This document shows positions 27,094 through 37,337 of a stretch of DNA of 38,780 nt, one piece after another. The DNA comes from Acidimicrobiales bacterium. Lineage in GTDB: Bacteria > Actinomycetota > Acidimicrobiia > Acidimicrobiales > RAAP-2. The notes under the pieces are model-generated. The model saw only the letters and a program-made list of their open reading frames with translations. It was not told where the DNA came from and searched no databases. Location of the stretch: assembly GCA_036509375.1 (NCBI GenBank), contig DATCFS010000212.1, forward strand, positions 1 to 38,780, written 5' to 3'. The position numbers and the translations under genes were made by a program. Position 1 is the first letter of the stretch. The number at the start of each line of letters is the position of its first letter.

Positions 27094-27978
27094 TCAGTGC
27101 CAGGCAACAATCACTTCGCGGCCCTCGGTGGCGATGCGTTCAAAGAGCGACTGATTGACGTCGAACGGTGAATCAGGAACCGGGAAGTGAATGACTAGTT
27201 CCGTGAAGCCGAGGGCGTGGTAGCGCCCGGCCCAGTCGACGAAACTGTCGAACGAGGTGAGGGGCGACTCATCATTGAAGCCGTCGAGGAATAGGCGCTG
27301 GAAGGCGTCGTCACCGCGACCGCGATTCACAAGTTCACTGTCGAGTCTCGTCGACTGTTCTCGAACAACTTCTTCCGTTGTCAGGTTCGACTCGACCAGA
27401 CCGCCAACGCAGATCCATCCGTCACCAATCTGAGCCGCGAAGGAAATGCTCTTTGGTCCGAGGGCGCTCACCAAGAGAGGGGGCCGTGGCCGTTGTACGG
27501 GACCTGGAATTTGGCGCGAATCCACGACCGGGTAGAAGGCACCGTCGATCGTCGACCCGTTCTCGCGCAGCAGGGTGTCGAGCACCGTCGTGAACTCAAC
27601 GAAGCGTTCGTGTCGCTCGCGATTGGTCCACGGCTCCTCGCCGAAGACCTCGGCGTCGAAGCCCCGTCCGCCGGCTCCCACGCCAATGGTCAATCTTCCA
27701 TCGGACACGTCGTCCAAGGTGATCAGATCCTTCGCGAGCAACAGTGGATGGCGAAAGTTGGGCGACGTCACGAGCGGTCCGAGTCGAACGGTCGACGTGG
27801 CTTCGCTGACGGCCGCCAACAACGGCACCATGGACATCCAGGTTTTGTCGCGGAACGAGCGCCACGAGAGATGGTCGTAGGTGTAGGCGGCGTGGAAACC
27901 GAGCTCTTCGGCACGTAGCCACTTCGCCCGATTCTCTGGCCAACGTTCACTCGGTAGAACGACCGTGCTCAATTTCAC
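27094..27978 (-). CDS. LLM-class (luciferase-like) flavin/F420-dependent oxidoreductase
   Basis: AEELGFHAAYTYDHL, VRLGPLVTSPNFRHP, LDDVSDGRLTIGVGAG, PVQRPRPPL. Leaderless TACACT (27990-27985)-N6-GTG. Confidence 0.88.
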   Translation of the reverse strand: MKLSTVVLPSERWPENRAKWLRAEELGFHAAYTYDHLSWRSFRDKTWMSMVPLLAAVSEATSTVRLGPLVTSPNFRHPLLLAKDLITLDDVSDGRLTIGVGAGGRGFDAEVFGEEPWTNRERHERFVEFTTVLDTLLRENGSTIDGAFYPVVDSRQIPGPVQRPRPPLLVSALGPKSISFAAQIGDGWICVGGLVESNLTTEEVVREQSTRLDSELVNRGRGDDAFQRLFLDGFNDESPLTSFDSFVDWAGRYHALGFTELVIHFPVPDSPFDVNQSLFERIATEGREVIVAWH

Positions 27979-28055
27979 CCCTCGAGTGTACGACCGAGGT
28001 CTGTCGTTGACAATGCGGTCACGTCCGATTCGCCAACTCGTACGCTAAGCAACCA

Positions 28056-28703
28056 GTGAATGCAACTGACCAGCGTGACGTAGCCGTGCGGGCCGTGGTC
28101 TTCGATTTCGACGGCGTGCTCCGCCACTGGGATCATGGTGAGACCTTCGCGATTGAAGACCGGTTCGGCCTCCCCCGCGGGTCCATTCATACGGTCGCTT
28201 TCGACGCGGGACTCAACCATCGAGTGATTACCGGGCAGATCTCCGACGATGAATGGCGCGACACCGTCGCCAATCGACTGTCCCACCATCACGGTGACGA
28301 AATGCGCGACGCGGCACTTGAATGGCGGGCAAGAATCGGCGTACTCGACCCATCCATGGTCGAACTCGTGCGAACCATTCGGTCCCAGCTCACGGTGGGT
28401 CTTCTCACGAACGCCACGTCTCGGTTAATGAGCGACCTCGTCCAGCACGGGTTGGTCGACGACTTTGACTACATCTTCAACTCGTCGGAAATCGGGCTTT
28501 CGAAGCCGGATCAACAGATCTTCGACTTCGTCGCCGCCACACTCGGCCTGCGTTATGACGAGTGGCTCTTCATCGACGACACCGAGGAGAATGTGGTGAC
28601 GGCGTCCACACTCGGGATCCGTTCGCATCTCTACAGCAATCAAGTTGAGCTCGAGTCGTGGTTGAAGAGCCACTCAAATCTCTTGCTCGAGCGACGCGTC
28701 TAG
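28056..28703 (+). CDS. HAD-superfamily hydrolase (YihX-like phosphatase)
   Basis: FDFDGVL motif I, LLTNA, SSEIGLSKPD, FIDD. Start approximate. Confidence 0.88.
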   Translation: MNATDQRDVAVRAVVFDFDGVLRHWDHGETFAIEDRFGLPRGSIHTVAFDAGLNHRVITGQISDDEWRDTVANRLSHHHGDEMRDAALEWRARIGVLDPSMVELVRTIRSQLTVGLLTNATSRLMSDLVQHGLVDDFDYIFNSSEIGLSKPDQQIFDFVAATLGLRYDEWLFIDDTEENVVTASTLGIRSHLYSNQVELESWLKSHSNLLLERRV

Positions 28704-29815
28704 TCCGCTGCGTCAGCCAGGAGGCCGGCCTTGCGCGCGGCGACCGCGGCGTACAGATCGTCGCCCGTCGACTCGCGAAGTCGCAGGGCGCTATAGACCA
28801 ACTTCGACACGTGTTCGTCATCACTCGTCGCACCGACCGCGGCGATCGTCTCGGCGGCGACGAGGCGCTCACCACTGAACTGCGCCAATTGGTCGGACGA
28901 CTTAAAGGTCGGTGCCCCCACCGTCGCGTACGCGGCGGCAACGCCCGTGAGGCACGCGACGTCAAACGCGTGGATATCGTTCGCGTAGGTGCGAATGGCG
29001 TTCAGGGCTTCCACACCGGTCACGGCGTGCAACGACGTGAAGTCGCCGGTCGTGGCGAATAGTGCGAGCGCGGCCGCTCGCAACCGTTCGGGCGCGTCGT
29101 CGTCGACCTGGCAGTTCGCTACCACTGAGCGGAACGACGGCAATGCGGCGACGTCCTGCATCGCTTGCGAGATCAGTCCTCGCTCCGTGGAGGGGAAGTC
29201 GCCGCTTCGTGACAGCTGCGAAAACACGTCACCAACACCGAGTCGTGACGTTGCGCGCGGGAGTGGTTCACCAAGGGGTACGGCGCTCTCGGCGAGGTAG
29301 GCCAAACCGGCGGCGATTCGTGGCGGTGACGAGATCTCCAGTGCGTACGCGAGGCGCAGCGCACCGTGGAAGGCGGCTCCGCATATTCCCGACATCAACT
29401 CGCCGAGGTGCGACCGAATGGTTGCCTCCGATCCCGCTTCGTCGACCGCCCTCATGAAGTACTCGCAGAGATCCTCGTAGGCACCGGCGACGCCAATGGC
29501 ATCCTTCCACGTTGCGCTCGTGAGCTCACGTGCCGGTCGTCCTCGCTCCACGAGCCGACGTCGATACGTGTTGGCAAAACGGCGCAACTCTTCGTTGGAG
29601 GCGCCGAGCCCGCTCTTGGCCACGAGTGCCATCGGCAGATGATTCGTGAGTCCGCGCGAGGTCGTGGCATCAAAACTGAGTTCCTCTTCGAGCAGCGACT
29701 CCAGCACACCGTGTCGGTCAAGGAGAGAGAAGTCGGACACGATCGGAAGCGTAACGGGCCGAAAATTTGATGCCACGTCGCGCGTGTCGTCGCGCGCAAG
29801 GCCGTTCGACGCCAT
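28700..29815 (-). CDS. Questin oxidase-like (DUF4243/AflY/HypA) family protein
   Basis: TNHLPMAL, AAFHGALRLAYA, AAGLAY, DFTSLHAVTG, DDEHVSKLV. The true start may be slightly downstream. Confidence 0.72.
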   Translation of the reverse strand: MASNGLARDDTRDVASNFRPVTLPIVSDFSLLDRHGVLESLLEEELSFDATTSRGLTNHLPMALVAKSGLGASNEELRRFANTYRRRLVERGRPARELTSATWKDAIGVAGAYEDLCEYFMRAVDEAGSEATIRSHLGELMSGICGAAFHGALRLAYALEISSPPRIAAGLAYLAESAVPLGEPLPRATSRLGVGDVFSQLSRSGDFPSTERGLISQAMQDVAALPSFRSVVANCQVDDDAPERLRAAALALFATTGDFTSLHAVTGVEALNAIRTYANDIHAFDVACLTGVAAAYATVGAPTFKSSDQLAQFSGERLVAAETIAAVGATSDDEHVSKLVYSALRLRESTGDDLYAAVAARKAGLLADAAD

Positions 29816-30125
29816 ATTGCCAACTCGTCTCGTTACTTAAGTCACATATCGCGAGTTCGACGCCACTGCTTGTCAAACGGCCCGTCGACGGCCCGCACCT
29901 GTGCGAAGGCACACTTCGAGTGCGTGTCGTTGTGAATAGGTTGCGATTACTCGCTTCGATGTCACGACATGACACCTAGAAACGGCACCGACGCCGCTAA
30001 ATTGGAGTAGTGCCGTGCAGTTGGCCGTTGTCGACCTCCCCACTTTTCACGTGTCGAATTACTTTTCCCACGTGTCGCGAGTTTCGTGCGTTGAAAACGA
30101 CCTCGCCAAACGTTCGGGGAACTTG

Positions 30126-32510
30126 ATGACCCACATGAACTCCCTGGAAACCGTCGGACCTCCAAAGGGTGCCCCACGCCGATCGACGTGGGTGGCATTG
30201 GCGATTGGCATATTCGTGCTCGGCTCACTCGGTTCGTTCTTCGGATCCAGTAGCGCCTCGAACAGTGACGCCGCGAGGTCTCGCCAGTCATTAAGGACAA
30301 CGTCCATCGAGGTCGCTTCGGCGCTCAATCTTGCGATTCGTCACGAACAGGACTTGACCGTGAGCGCCGGTGCCTACCTCATCGAGAATCCGAACGCCTC
30401 CGAGACGGCGTTCATAAAGTGGGTGAACGACGTTCGAGCGTTCAAGCGATACCCCGAGATTGAGGCGATAGCAAGTGTCGCTCTGGTCCCGTACTCGCAA
30501 CTGACGGCATTCGCGAGGCAGGCGAACATCAACGCAATCGAATCCAAGGCGCCGCTGCAGACCTTCAGCGTGACGCCGCCCGGCAAGCGTGACTACTACT
30601 GTTTCGTCAACGTTCAACACGCCATCGCCGGCGAGGCGCAAATTCCGATTGGACTCGACCTCTGCCAGACCACGCTCGGACCGGAACTTCTCCGGGCCCG
30701 CGATAGCGGTAAGGAAATCTACGCGCCGGACACCCTCGGTGGTCCCAATTCCTTCGCCGTCGGTGCGCCCATTTACCGGAGCGGCACAATTCCGACGACC
30801 GTCGCTGGTCGCCGAAAGGCCCTCATTGGTTGGACCGGAACGCAAATACTTCCGAACAAGATCCTCGCCGTAGCACTCGAAGGTCACCCCAATACGGCGG
30901 TCGCATTTCACTACAACCAGAGCGGTTCCAACGTCACCTTCAAAGCGGGGAAGCGTCCGACGAACGCCACGCTGCACGCGTTGAACTTGCATAACGGTTG
31001 GCACGTCGAGGTCTACGGAGCGGCAGTTACGTCCGGCGTCTTTGGCGAATTCAACTCGACGTCGCTCTTTCTCGGTGGCGTACTGCTCAGCTTGCTCCTC
31101 GGGCTCTTGCTCTTCGTCCTCGGCACCAGCCGTTCGAGCGCGCTGCACCTGGTGAAGGAACGAACCGATCAGTTGCAGCACCAAGCGTTGCACGATTCGC
31201 TCACCGGGCTCCCGAACCGTGCCCTCATCCTCGATCGCATCGATCAGATGCTCGCACGGGCTCGACGCGAACATAGCGAAGTCGCCGCACTCTTCCTCGA
31301 CCTCGACAACTTCAAGGACATCAACGACACACTGGGTCACCGCGCCGGCGATGAGCTCTTGACGAGCGTTGGTGTGCGCCTGAAGAGCGCGGTTCGCGAC
31401 GTCGACACGGTCGGTCGACTGGGCGGCGACGAATTCGTCATCCTCACGGAGGGACACTCGCTGGAGGCGGGTGTGGACGTGGTCGCCCAAAGGATTCTCG
31501 ACGTGTTGGCGACGCCGTTCATCATTAGTGCCAGCAACGTCCCACTCAACGTCAGCGCCAGCATCGGGATCGCCGAGGGAGATCGCAACACGCCGGAAGA
31601 GCTGTTGCAAGATGCCGACATCGCCCTCTACCAGGCCAAGAATGCCGGCAAACAACGGGCCGTCAAGTTCCTGCCGTCGATGCAAGAGTCGGTCGACCAC
31701 CACCGCAAACTGGAAGTCGATCTCCAGGGCGCGCTCGAGGCAAGTCAATATTTCCTCGTGTACCAGCCGACCGTCGATCTGGCGACCGGAGCGTTCACTG
31801 GTGTCGAAGCGCTCCTTCGTTGGAACCACCCCGAACGCGGCGTTGTCCAACCGGACAATTTCATCCCGGCACTCGAGTCGAGCGGTCTGATAATTTCCGT
31901 TGGCTCATGGGTACTGCACGAAGCCTGTCGTCAAGGTGCAATCTGGCATAAACGGGGTCACACCTTCACCGTGTCAGTGAACATATCGGCGAAGCAACTT
32001 GAGCGCGACCAACTCGTGACCGACGTGCAAGAGGCGCTTTCAATGAGCGGTTTCGATCCCCACCTGCTGATCTTGGAGTTGACCGAGACGGCGTTGATGC
32101 ACGACTCCGGTGCCACGCTCTCACGGCTCATGCTGCTAAAGGCCCTCGGCGTGCGCATCGCCATTGACGACTTCGGAACCGGCTACTCGTCTCTCGCCTA
32201 CCTTCGACAGTTCCCCATTGACATCTTGAAGATAGATCGGTCGTTCGTGTCCGGTATCGCCGACTCCACCGAGAGCACGGCCCTCGTTCACACGCTGGTG
32301 CAATTGGGCAAGGTTCTCGGCATCGAAACGATTGCCGAAGGCGTGGAGACGGACGATCAGCGAACGCGCCTCGAGACCGAAAGGGTCGACACGGGTCAGG
32401 GTTTTCTCTTCGCCCGTCCCCTAACGGTAAAGGACCTCGATCGACTGTTGAGTGACTCCGCCGGTCAGCCGGAATGGCTCAGCGCCGCGGCGCGCCACAA
32501 GGACGATTGA
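30126..32510 (+). CDS. Membrane sensor (CHASE-like) GGDEF-EAL diguanylate cyclase/phosphodiesterase
   Basis: TM-extracytoplasmic domain-TM; HDSLTGLPNR, DLDNFKDINDTLGH, RLGGDEF; VEALLRW, ELTE, DDFGTGYSS, KIDRSF, EGVE, QGFLF. Start estimated at ATG 30126. Confidence 0.93.
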   Translation: MTHMNSLETVGPPKGAPRRSTWVALAIGIFVLGSLGSFFGSSSASNSDAARSRQSLRTTSIEVASALNLAIRHEQDLTVSAGAYLIENPNASETAFIKWVNDVRAFKRYPEIEAIASVALVPYSQLTAFARQANINAIESKAPLQTFSVTPPGKRDYYCFVNVQHAIAGEAQIPIGLDLCQTTLGPELLRARDSGKEIYAPDTLGGPNSFAVGAPIYRSGTIPTTVAGRRKALIGWTGTQILPNKILAVALEGHPNTAVAFHYNQSGSNVTFKAGKRPTNATLHALNLHNGWHVEVYGAAVTSGVFGEFNSTSLFLGGVLLSLLLGLLLFVLGTSRSSALHLVKERTDQLQHQALHDSLTGLPNRALILDRIDQMLARARREHSEVAALFLDLDNFKDINDTLGHRAGDELLTSVGVRLKSAVRDVDTVGRLGGDEFVILTEGHSLEAGVDVVAQRILDVLATPFIISASNVPLNVSASIGIAEGDRNTPEELLQDADIALYQAKNAGKQRAVKFLPSMQESVDHHRKLEVDLQGALEASQYFLVYQPTVDLATGAFTGVEALLRWNHPERGVVQPDNFIPALESSGLIISVGSWVLHEACRQGAIWHKRGHTFTVSVNISAKQLERDQLVTDVQEALSMSGFDPHLLILELTETALMHDSGATLSRLMLLKALGVRIAIDDFGTGYSSLAYLRQFPIDILKIDRSFVSGIADSTESTALVHTLVQLGKVLGIETIAEGVETDDQRTRLETERVDTGQGFLFARPLTVKDLDRLLSDSAGQPEWLSAAARHKDD

Positions 32511-32539
32511 CGTCATTCATTCTTGAGGAACGCGGTACG

Positions 32540-33184
32540 TCAGCGGCGCCAGAAAAAGTGATGCACCACCCCGCTCGCACTCGGGACCTGTTCCAAGTGG
32601 TATCGATCGACGAGTTCGTCGGGACCCGTCCACAGTTTTTCGCCACGGCCCAGTTCGACCGGCGACACGGCGAAGTGCATCAGGTCGAGAAGCCCGGCGT
32701 CGAGGAACTCGCGGACGGTGGCCACACCCCCGCCAATTCGTACGTCCTTACCCCCGGCGGCGTCAAAGGCCGTCGCCAGCGCCTCCTGCGGTGATGCGTC
32801 GAGAAAGTGGAACGTGGTGTCGCCCAACGTGAACGATGGTCGAACATGATGAGTGAGGACGAAGACCGGCGTGTGGAACGGAGTGTCGTCGCCCCACCAA
32901 CCCTGCCAGTCGTAGTCCTCCCACGGTCCGCGCTGCGGACCGAATTTGTTACGCCCCATGATCTCGGCACCAATGTTGTTCGTGAAGTCTCGAGTGCAGT
33001 AGTCGTCCAAACCGTACGTTCCACCGGGTTCGGTCCGGTTCGGCCAATGAGCGGTCGCGCCCGCCCAGGCGAAGAGAGCACCGGGGTCGGCGTGGCCGAA
33101 GGGGTGTTCGAGACTCTGTCCCTCGCCGGTGCCGTAGCCGTCGCTCGACACCATGAAGTTCTGAACGCGGGTCATCTGTGTCAT
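32540..33184 (-). CDS. Dihydrofolate reductase-like (RibD C-terminal) protein
   Basis: VSSDGYG, GAEIMGRNKFG, WWGDDTPFHTPVFVLTH, DVRIGGGVATVREFL. SD GAGGAAAGG before ATG 33184. Confidence 0.88.
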   Translation of the reverse strand: MTQMTRVQNFMVSSDGYGTGEGQSLEHPFGHADPGALFAWAGATAHWPNRTEPGGTYGLDDYCTRDFTNNIGAEIMGRNKFGPQRGPWEDYDWQGWWGDDTPFHTPVFVLTHHVRPSFTLGDTTFHFLDASPQEALATAFDAAGGKDVRIGGGVATVREFLDAGLLDLMHFAVSPVELGRGEKLWTGPDELVDRYHLEQVPSASGVVHHFFWRR

Positions 33185-33411
33185 TGGAACCTTTCCTCTT
33201 CCCACTAGGGCAACCACTTGTCATTGAGCGCAATGGCATTACGGAAACGCGCACGCGGACGCGCGGCTGAACTTTATCGTGTGGGTCGAGACTTCATGAT
33301 GAACACGCGCAACGCGGTCACGGTGTCGACGCACGTCAAAGGGGGCCACCGTGCTACGACTTCCTTTTTGCAGCACAATGAGACGACTCGGAGTCTTGAA
33401 CGCGACAGCTT

Positions 33412-35928
33412 TTAGAGCGGTTGTCGACCCAATCCACGCTGTTTTTGTCCGGAGAAGAGCCACGCACCGGCAGCCGCGATCAGCGGCATTCCAATGAGGA
33501 TCGTGACCAAGTTGGTCACCGGAACATTGGACAGCGCTCCGATGCCGCCATTCACCGAGCTCCCCTGAAGCCAGCCACCGATGCCGACGTAGCCGGCCAC
33601 AATACCGAGAGTCCCCCCCGCAAAGCCGAGCGCACCGGCCGTCGTTGCCGCAATGGAACGTCTCGTTCGGTTACTGGCCCCCGTGGCCGTCAACGTTCGT
33701 ACGTCACTAGCAGTTTCGCTACGGATGAGACCGACGGACAGCGCGAGAATGACCAGCGAGAGGAGTAACGCAAAGAGTGTCGCCCAGTCGATGATCGATT
33801 GGGAGGTCGGAATACTTGATCTGGTTTCGAGTCGCATTCCCGCTGCGGAAGCCGCGAGACGGGTATTGCTTATCTGCGAGGCGGTGGGTGCGTGAGGAAG
33901 TTCAATAAGCCATCCCTCAATTTGTGTTGGCAGTTTCAACTTCTGCACTTCACGCTCCGTGATGACGGTATTGGGTGCCGAGGTTCCACTCGGTAGCGCA
34001 CTCAACTGTTGAATGACCGGATTATTGAACGCGCCGCTGGGCCCACAGTGCCGAGTGGCCTGCGTTTTCGTCACTTTGTGACCGGGCTTTACTTCGAGCC
34101 CGCTGCAGCCGCCGCCGTAGGACAGTTCCATCTTGGAGACCTTTGACAAACCCGGCCGCATGGTGAGAATTTCAGCGTTTCGATTCACGAGTGAGGTCGT
34201 TATGCCGAACAGTTTCAATAGCGACGGCGTCGCTACGTAAAGTGGTCCCGTAAAATTTCGGCCGGCGCCTCGGTGACTGAGGTTCGCACTCGTCGAAAGA
34301 AGTTCGACAACTTTGGTACTCCCAAGTTCGCGTGCGATTTTGTGAGCACTTCGATTCATCGCCAGGAGACGCGTCGCCGAAACGGTGGGACCGAATCCCG
34401 ATGGAGTGTAGAGAGGCCCGTTGGGCGTGTAAACGTTGATCTGGTTCGGCGCCAGATTCGGACCGGCGTAATCAAGCACATTCCCGAATCGCGCGGCCGT
34501 GGCCGCAGAGACGATGACGGCGATCATCACGCCAATGCTGATGGCGGCGAGTGCCGAACTCGAGCGTGCGCGGTAACGCGAAAGGTCTCGCAGCGCCAGG
34601 CGCATTGACACCGGTCCACGATGGCCGATCCGCTCCATGGAGGTTAGTAATAAAGGTGCGAGCAGTATCACGCCGGGAATCAGTAGGACGAGTCCCAGAA
34701 TCAGAATCTTCGGATTTGGCGAGGCTGAGTTCTTGACGGACGATTCCACGAGCAATAAAAAGGCAATCGCAAAACATACGACGCCGGGAATGGCCGAGCG
34801 ATGGACTTGCTTCGGCGGCGCCGGTCGTCCGGCGAGGGCGGCCACGATTGGTATGCGAGTAACGGCGCGCGCCGGTCGCCACGCGGCAAACAAGGTGGCC
34901 AGTACACCGAGCGCCATGGAAATGAAGATGACGGCCCACGGAAGAGCGAACACCGCAATCGCGTGATGGGCGCTCGACTCAACGTCGGGTCGATAGACGA
35001 GCCAGCCGACGAACCCGAAAAGGGCCCCGGCCACCGTTCCTACGACGCCCACCACCACGCCGTTGGCGAGCACGACGAGACGAACGTGTCGTTGAGTGGC
35101 GCCCAGCGACGCGAGCATTCCGAGGGAACGAAGCCGGCGCTGTGCGAGGACGGTGAAGCCGCCGACCGCGACGAGCGCGATCAACAACATCCCGATTGTG
35201 GCCAGCGCAATGGAGATCGTTTCGGGGTTGAAACCATTGCCGCGCGATACGGACGCGGGCGTACTCACGACTAGGTGAAGCGCCCCTAGCTTCTGCGACC
35301 CCGCGTCAAACAACACGGTCGCGGTGCTCTGGGAGGTGAGTTGACCCGGTTGCACGAGTGCGAATTGATCGAGAAGGTTCTGAGGATTCTCTACAATGCC
35401 GACGACGTGATACGCCTTCCCCTGTTCGTTCCACACGCTGCCGACGTGCAACCCGAAGTCCGACGCCACGCCCGACGTCACCGCGATCTGGGAACCGGAC
35501 GAGGCGAAACGACCGCTGACGAGGGTGAGCATTGGCGTGCCGTACGCGCCATGCGGATTCTGCGCTCGTAGTTCAAACGTGTCGAGTGATCCGGGAACCG
35601 GAAGCGTTTCGTTCTCAATAACGTCCACGGTCCCGAAACGACTCTTCAACGCATCGATCTTCGCCGAGAGATACGCGTTCGAGCCTTGGTACGTTGCGGC
35701 GTCCTGCGCCGTTCCAAATCCGGCGCCCGCCACGGGCGGCGTGTCCTTCGCGACGGTGGCACCCACGACCGTCGCTGCGACCGCGACCACAATGAGCGCC
35801 AGTACCAACAACTGTTGGCGCCACTCTCGTAGAAAGAGTCGCCAACCCCACCGCACGACGGCGCGCTGCGCAGCGGTGGCCGTTCTGGTCCCCGAGGGCA
35901 CCGCTGGAGCGTACGTGTCGAGGCTCAC
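33412..35928 (-). CDS. Large two-repeat FtsX/MacB-like ABC permease
   Basis: Two FtsX units (QRRLRSLGMLASLGAT and ETASDVRTLTATGAS) with two extracytoplasmic domains. ATGA overlap with the ATPase. Confidence 0.88.
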   Translation of the reverse strand: MSLDTYAPAVPSGTRTATAAQRAVVRWGWRLFLREWRQQLLVLALIVVAVAATVVGATVAKDTPPVAGAGFGTAQDAATYQGSNAYLSAKIDALKSRFGTVDVIENETLPVPGSLDTFELRAQNPHGAYGTPMLTLVSGRFASSGSQIAVTSGVASDFGLHVGSVWNEQGKAYHVVGIVENPQNLLDQFALVQPGQLTSQSTATVLFDAGSQKLGALHLVVSTPASVSRGNGFNPETISIALATIGMLLIALVAVGGFTVLAQRRLRSLGMLASLGATQRHVRLVVLANGVVVGVVGTVAGALFGFVGWLVYRPDVESSAHHAIAVFALPWAVIFISMALGVLATLFAAWRPARAVTRIPIVAALAGRPAPPKQVHRSAIPGVVCFAIAFLLLVESSVKNSASPNPKILILGLVLLIPGVILLAPLLLTSMERIGHRGPVSMRLALRDLSRYRARSSSALAAISIGVMIAVIVSAATAARFGNVLDYAGPNLAPNQINVYTPNGPLYTPSGFGPTVSATRLLAMNRSAHKIARELGSTKVVELLSTSANLSHRGAGRNFTGPLYVATPSLLKLFGITTSLVNRNAEILTMRPGLSKVSKMELSYGGGCSGLEVKPGHKVTKTQATRHCGPSGAFNNPVIQQLSALPSGTSAPNTVITEREVQKLKLPTQIEGWLIELPHAPTASQISNTRLAASAAGMRLETRSSIPTSQSIIDWATLFALLLSLVILALSVGLIRSETASDVRTLTATGASNRTRRSIAATTAGALGFAGGTLGIVAGYVGIGGWLQGSSVNGGIGALSNVPVTNLVTILIGMPLIAAAGAWLFSGQKQRGLGRQPL

Positions 35929-36644
35929 GACAACGGGGACCCAGCCAGTGCTTCGGCGCTCGGCGGCGGCACTGTTTGGTCGACCACACGCCCGTCGCGC
36001 AAGAACACAACACGATCGGCCCAGGAAGCGAGGTGGGCGTCGTGGGTTACGACCACGGCTGCGACGCCTCGCTTGCAGGCCGCGTGAATCATTCGCATGA
36101 CCAATTCACCATTGGTCGTATCCAAGGCGCCCGAAGGTTCGTCGGCGAGTAGAAGGTGACGCTCGCCGACGATCGCTCGAGCTATCGAAACCCGTTGACG
36201 CTCACCACCTGACAACTGATCGGGAAAATGATTGGCCCGATCAACGAGGTCCATCGACTCGAGGACCTCCATGGCGGTACTTCGCGAGCGCTTCGCGGAA
36301 AATCCATCGAGTTCCAGTGGGAGGGCCACGTTCTCGACCGCGGTGAGCCCGGGAAGAAGGTTGAAATCTTGGAACACGTAACCAATGGTCTGGCGTCGAA
36401 GTCGCGCCCGTTCGTTGGCCGATAATCTCGTCAAATTCGAGCCATTGACGACCACGTCTCCCGATGTGGGCTCTTCCAAACTGCCCGAAATCGTGAGCAA
36501 CGTGGACTTACCCGAACCACTCGGTCCCATGATGGCGACGAAGCTTCCCTGTTCAACGGAAAGGTTCACGTCCCGAAGCGCGTGCACCATTGTCGAACCC
36601 TCGCCGTAGGAGCGCGACACGTTGTGAAGTTCCAGGTAGCTCAT
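35925..36644 (-). CDS. ABC transporter ATP-binding protein (LolD-like)
   Basis: GPSGSGKS, GYVFQDFNL, LSGGERQRV, ADEPSG, VTHD. Confidence 0.93.
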   Translation of the reverse strand: MSYLELHNVSRSYGEGSTMVHALRDVNLSVEQGSFVAIMGPSGSGKSTLLTISGSLEEPTSGDVVVNGSNLTRLSANERARLRRQTIGYVFQDFNLLPGLTAVENVALPLELDGFSAKRSRSTAMEVLESMDLVDRANHFPDQLSGGERQRVSIARAIVGERHLLLADEPSGALDTTNGELVMRMIHAACKRGVAAVVVTHDAHLASWADRVVFLRDGRVVDQTVPPPSAEALAGSPLS

Positions 36645-37216
36645 CGCCGTGTCGTCAATCGTCGTCGAAGTTGCGGCGCCGACGTTGTGGCGCGAGGTTC
36701 AAGTGACGCGCGCATCAGTCGACCATCGGCGGCGTCGAGCCAGCGCACAATGGCGTCGAGTCGAAACAGCTCAGCGTCGACGACGAGACTGAACGTCAAG
36801 TCGGCTTCGGCCTCGTCCTCCTTCAGATGCGTCCATTGCTGCATGAGCTCGACGACGTAGCGGCGATGGACCTGGATGATGTCGGTGACATTGACGTCGG
36901 GCACCCGAAGTGCAGAAAGCACCTTGATGACGAGTTCGTCCCGAGGCGGTGCCGTCATGTCGGGTGGCGTGTTCAGCCAATGGAACAGTTCCGTTTTCCC
37001 GCTCTCCGTGATTTGAAAGACCTTTTGGGGGCCTTCGACGAATGAGTCATCTGACGCGATCAGTTCAGCGTGCTCGAGCCGCTGGAGCGTCGTGTACACC
37101 TGACCGACGTTGAGGGGCCAGACGTCACCGGTACTGGCCTCGAACTCCTGACGCAGCTGGAATCCGTATTTTGGACTCTCAACCAGAAGCGCCAATAACG
37201 CGTGGCGAACACTCAT
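36641..37216 (-). CDS. PadR family transcriptional regulator
   Basis: MSVRHALLALL, KYGFQLRQEFE, LNVGQVYTTLQRLE, ITESGKTEL, PPRDEL. SD GGAGGG before ATG 37216. Confidence 0.92.
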   Translation of the reverse strand: MSVRHALLALLVESPKYGFQLRQEFEASTGDVWPLNVGQVYTTLQRLEHAELIASDDSFVEGPQKVFQITESGKTELFHWLNTPPDMTAPPRDELVIKVLSALRVPDVNVTDIIQVHRRYVVELMQQWTHLKEDEAEADLTFSLVVDAELFRLDAIVRWLDAADGRLMRASLEPRATTSAPQLRRRLTTRR

Positions 37217-37251
37217 TTCGTCCCTCCAATGCCAATTTCCACACACAGTCG

Positions 37252-37282
37252 ACTGAGTACCATACTGAGTATGCTACTCAGT
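37252..37282. promoter_or_regulatory. Putative PadR operator: ACTGAGTA twice plus inverted TACTCAGT
   Basis: ACTGAGTA at 37252-37259 and 37264-37271, TACTCAGT at 37275-37282 (perfect 8-3-8 palindrome), 36-66 bp upstream of padR. Confidence 0.75.
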
Positions 37283-37337
37283 TTTGTCGAAAAGTCAAGA
37301 CCCGTTCCAAGTTTTCGAAACGCTCGAACGGAGAGGG

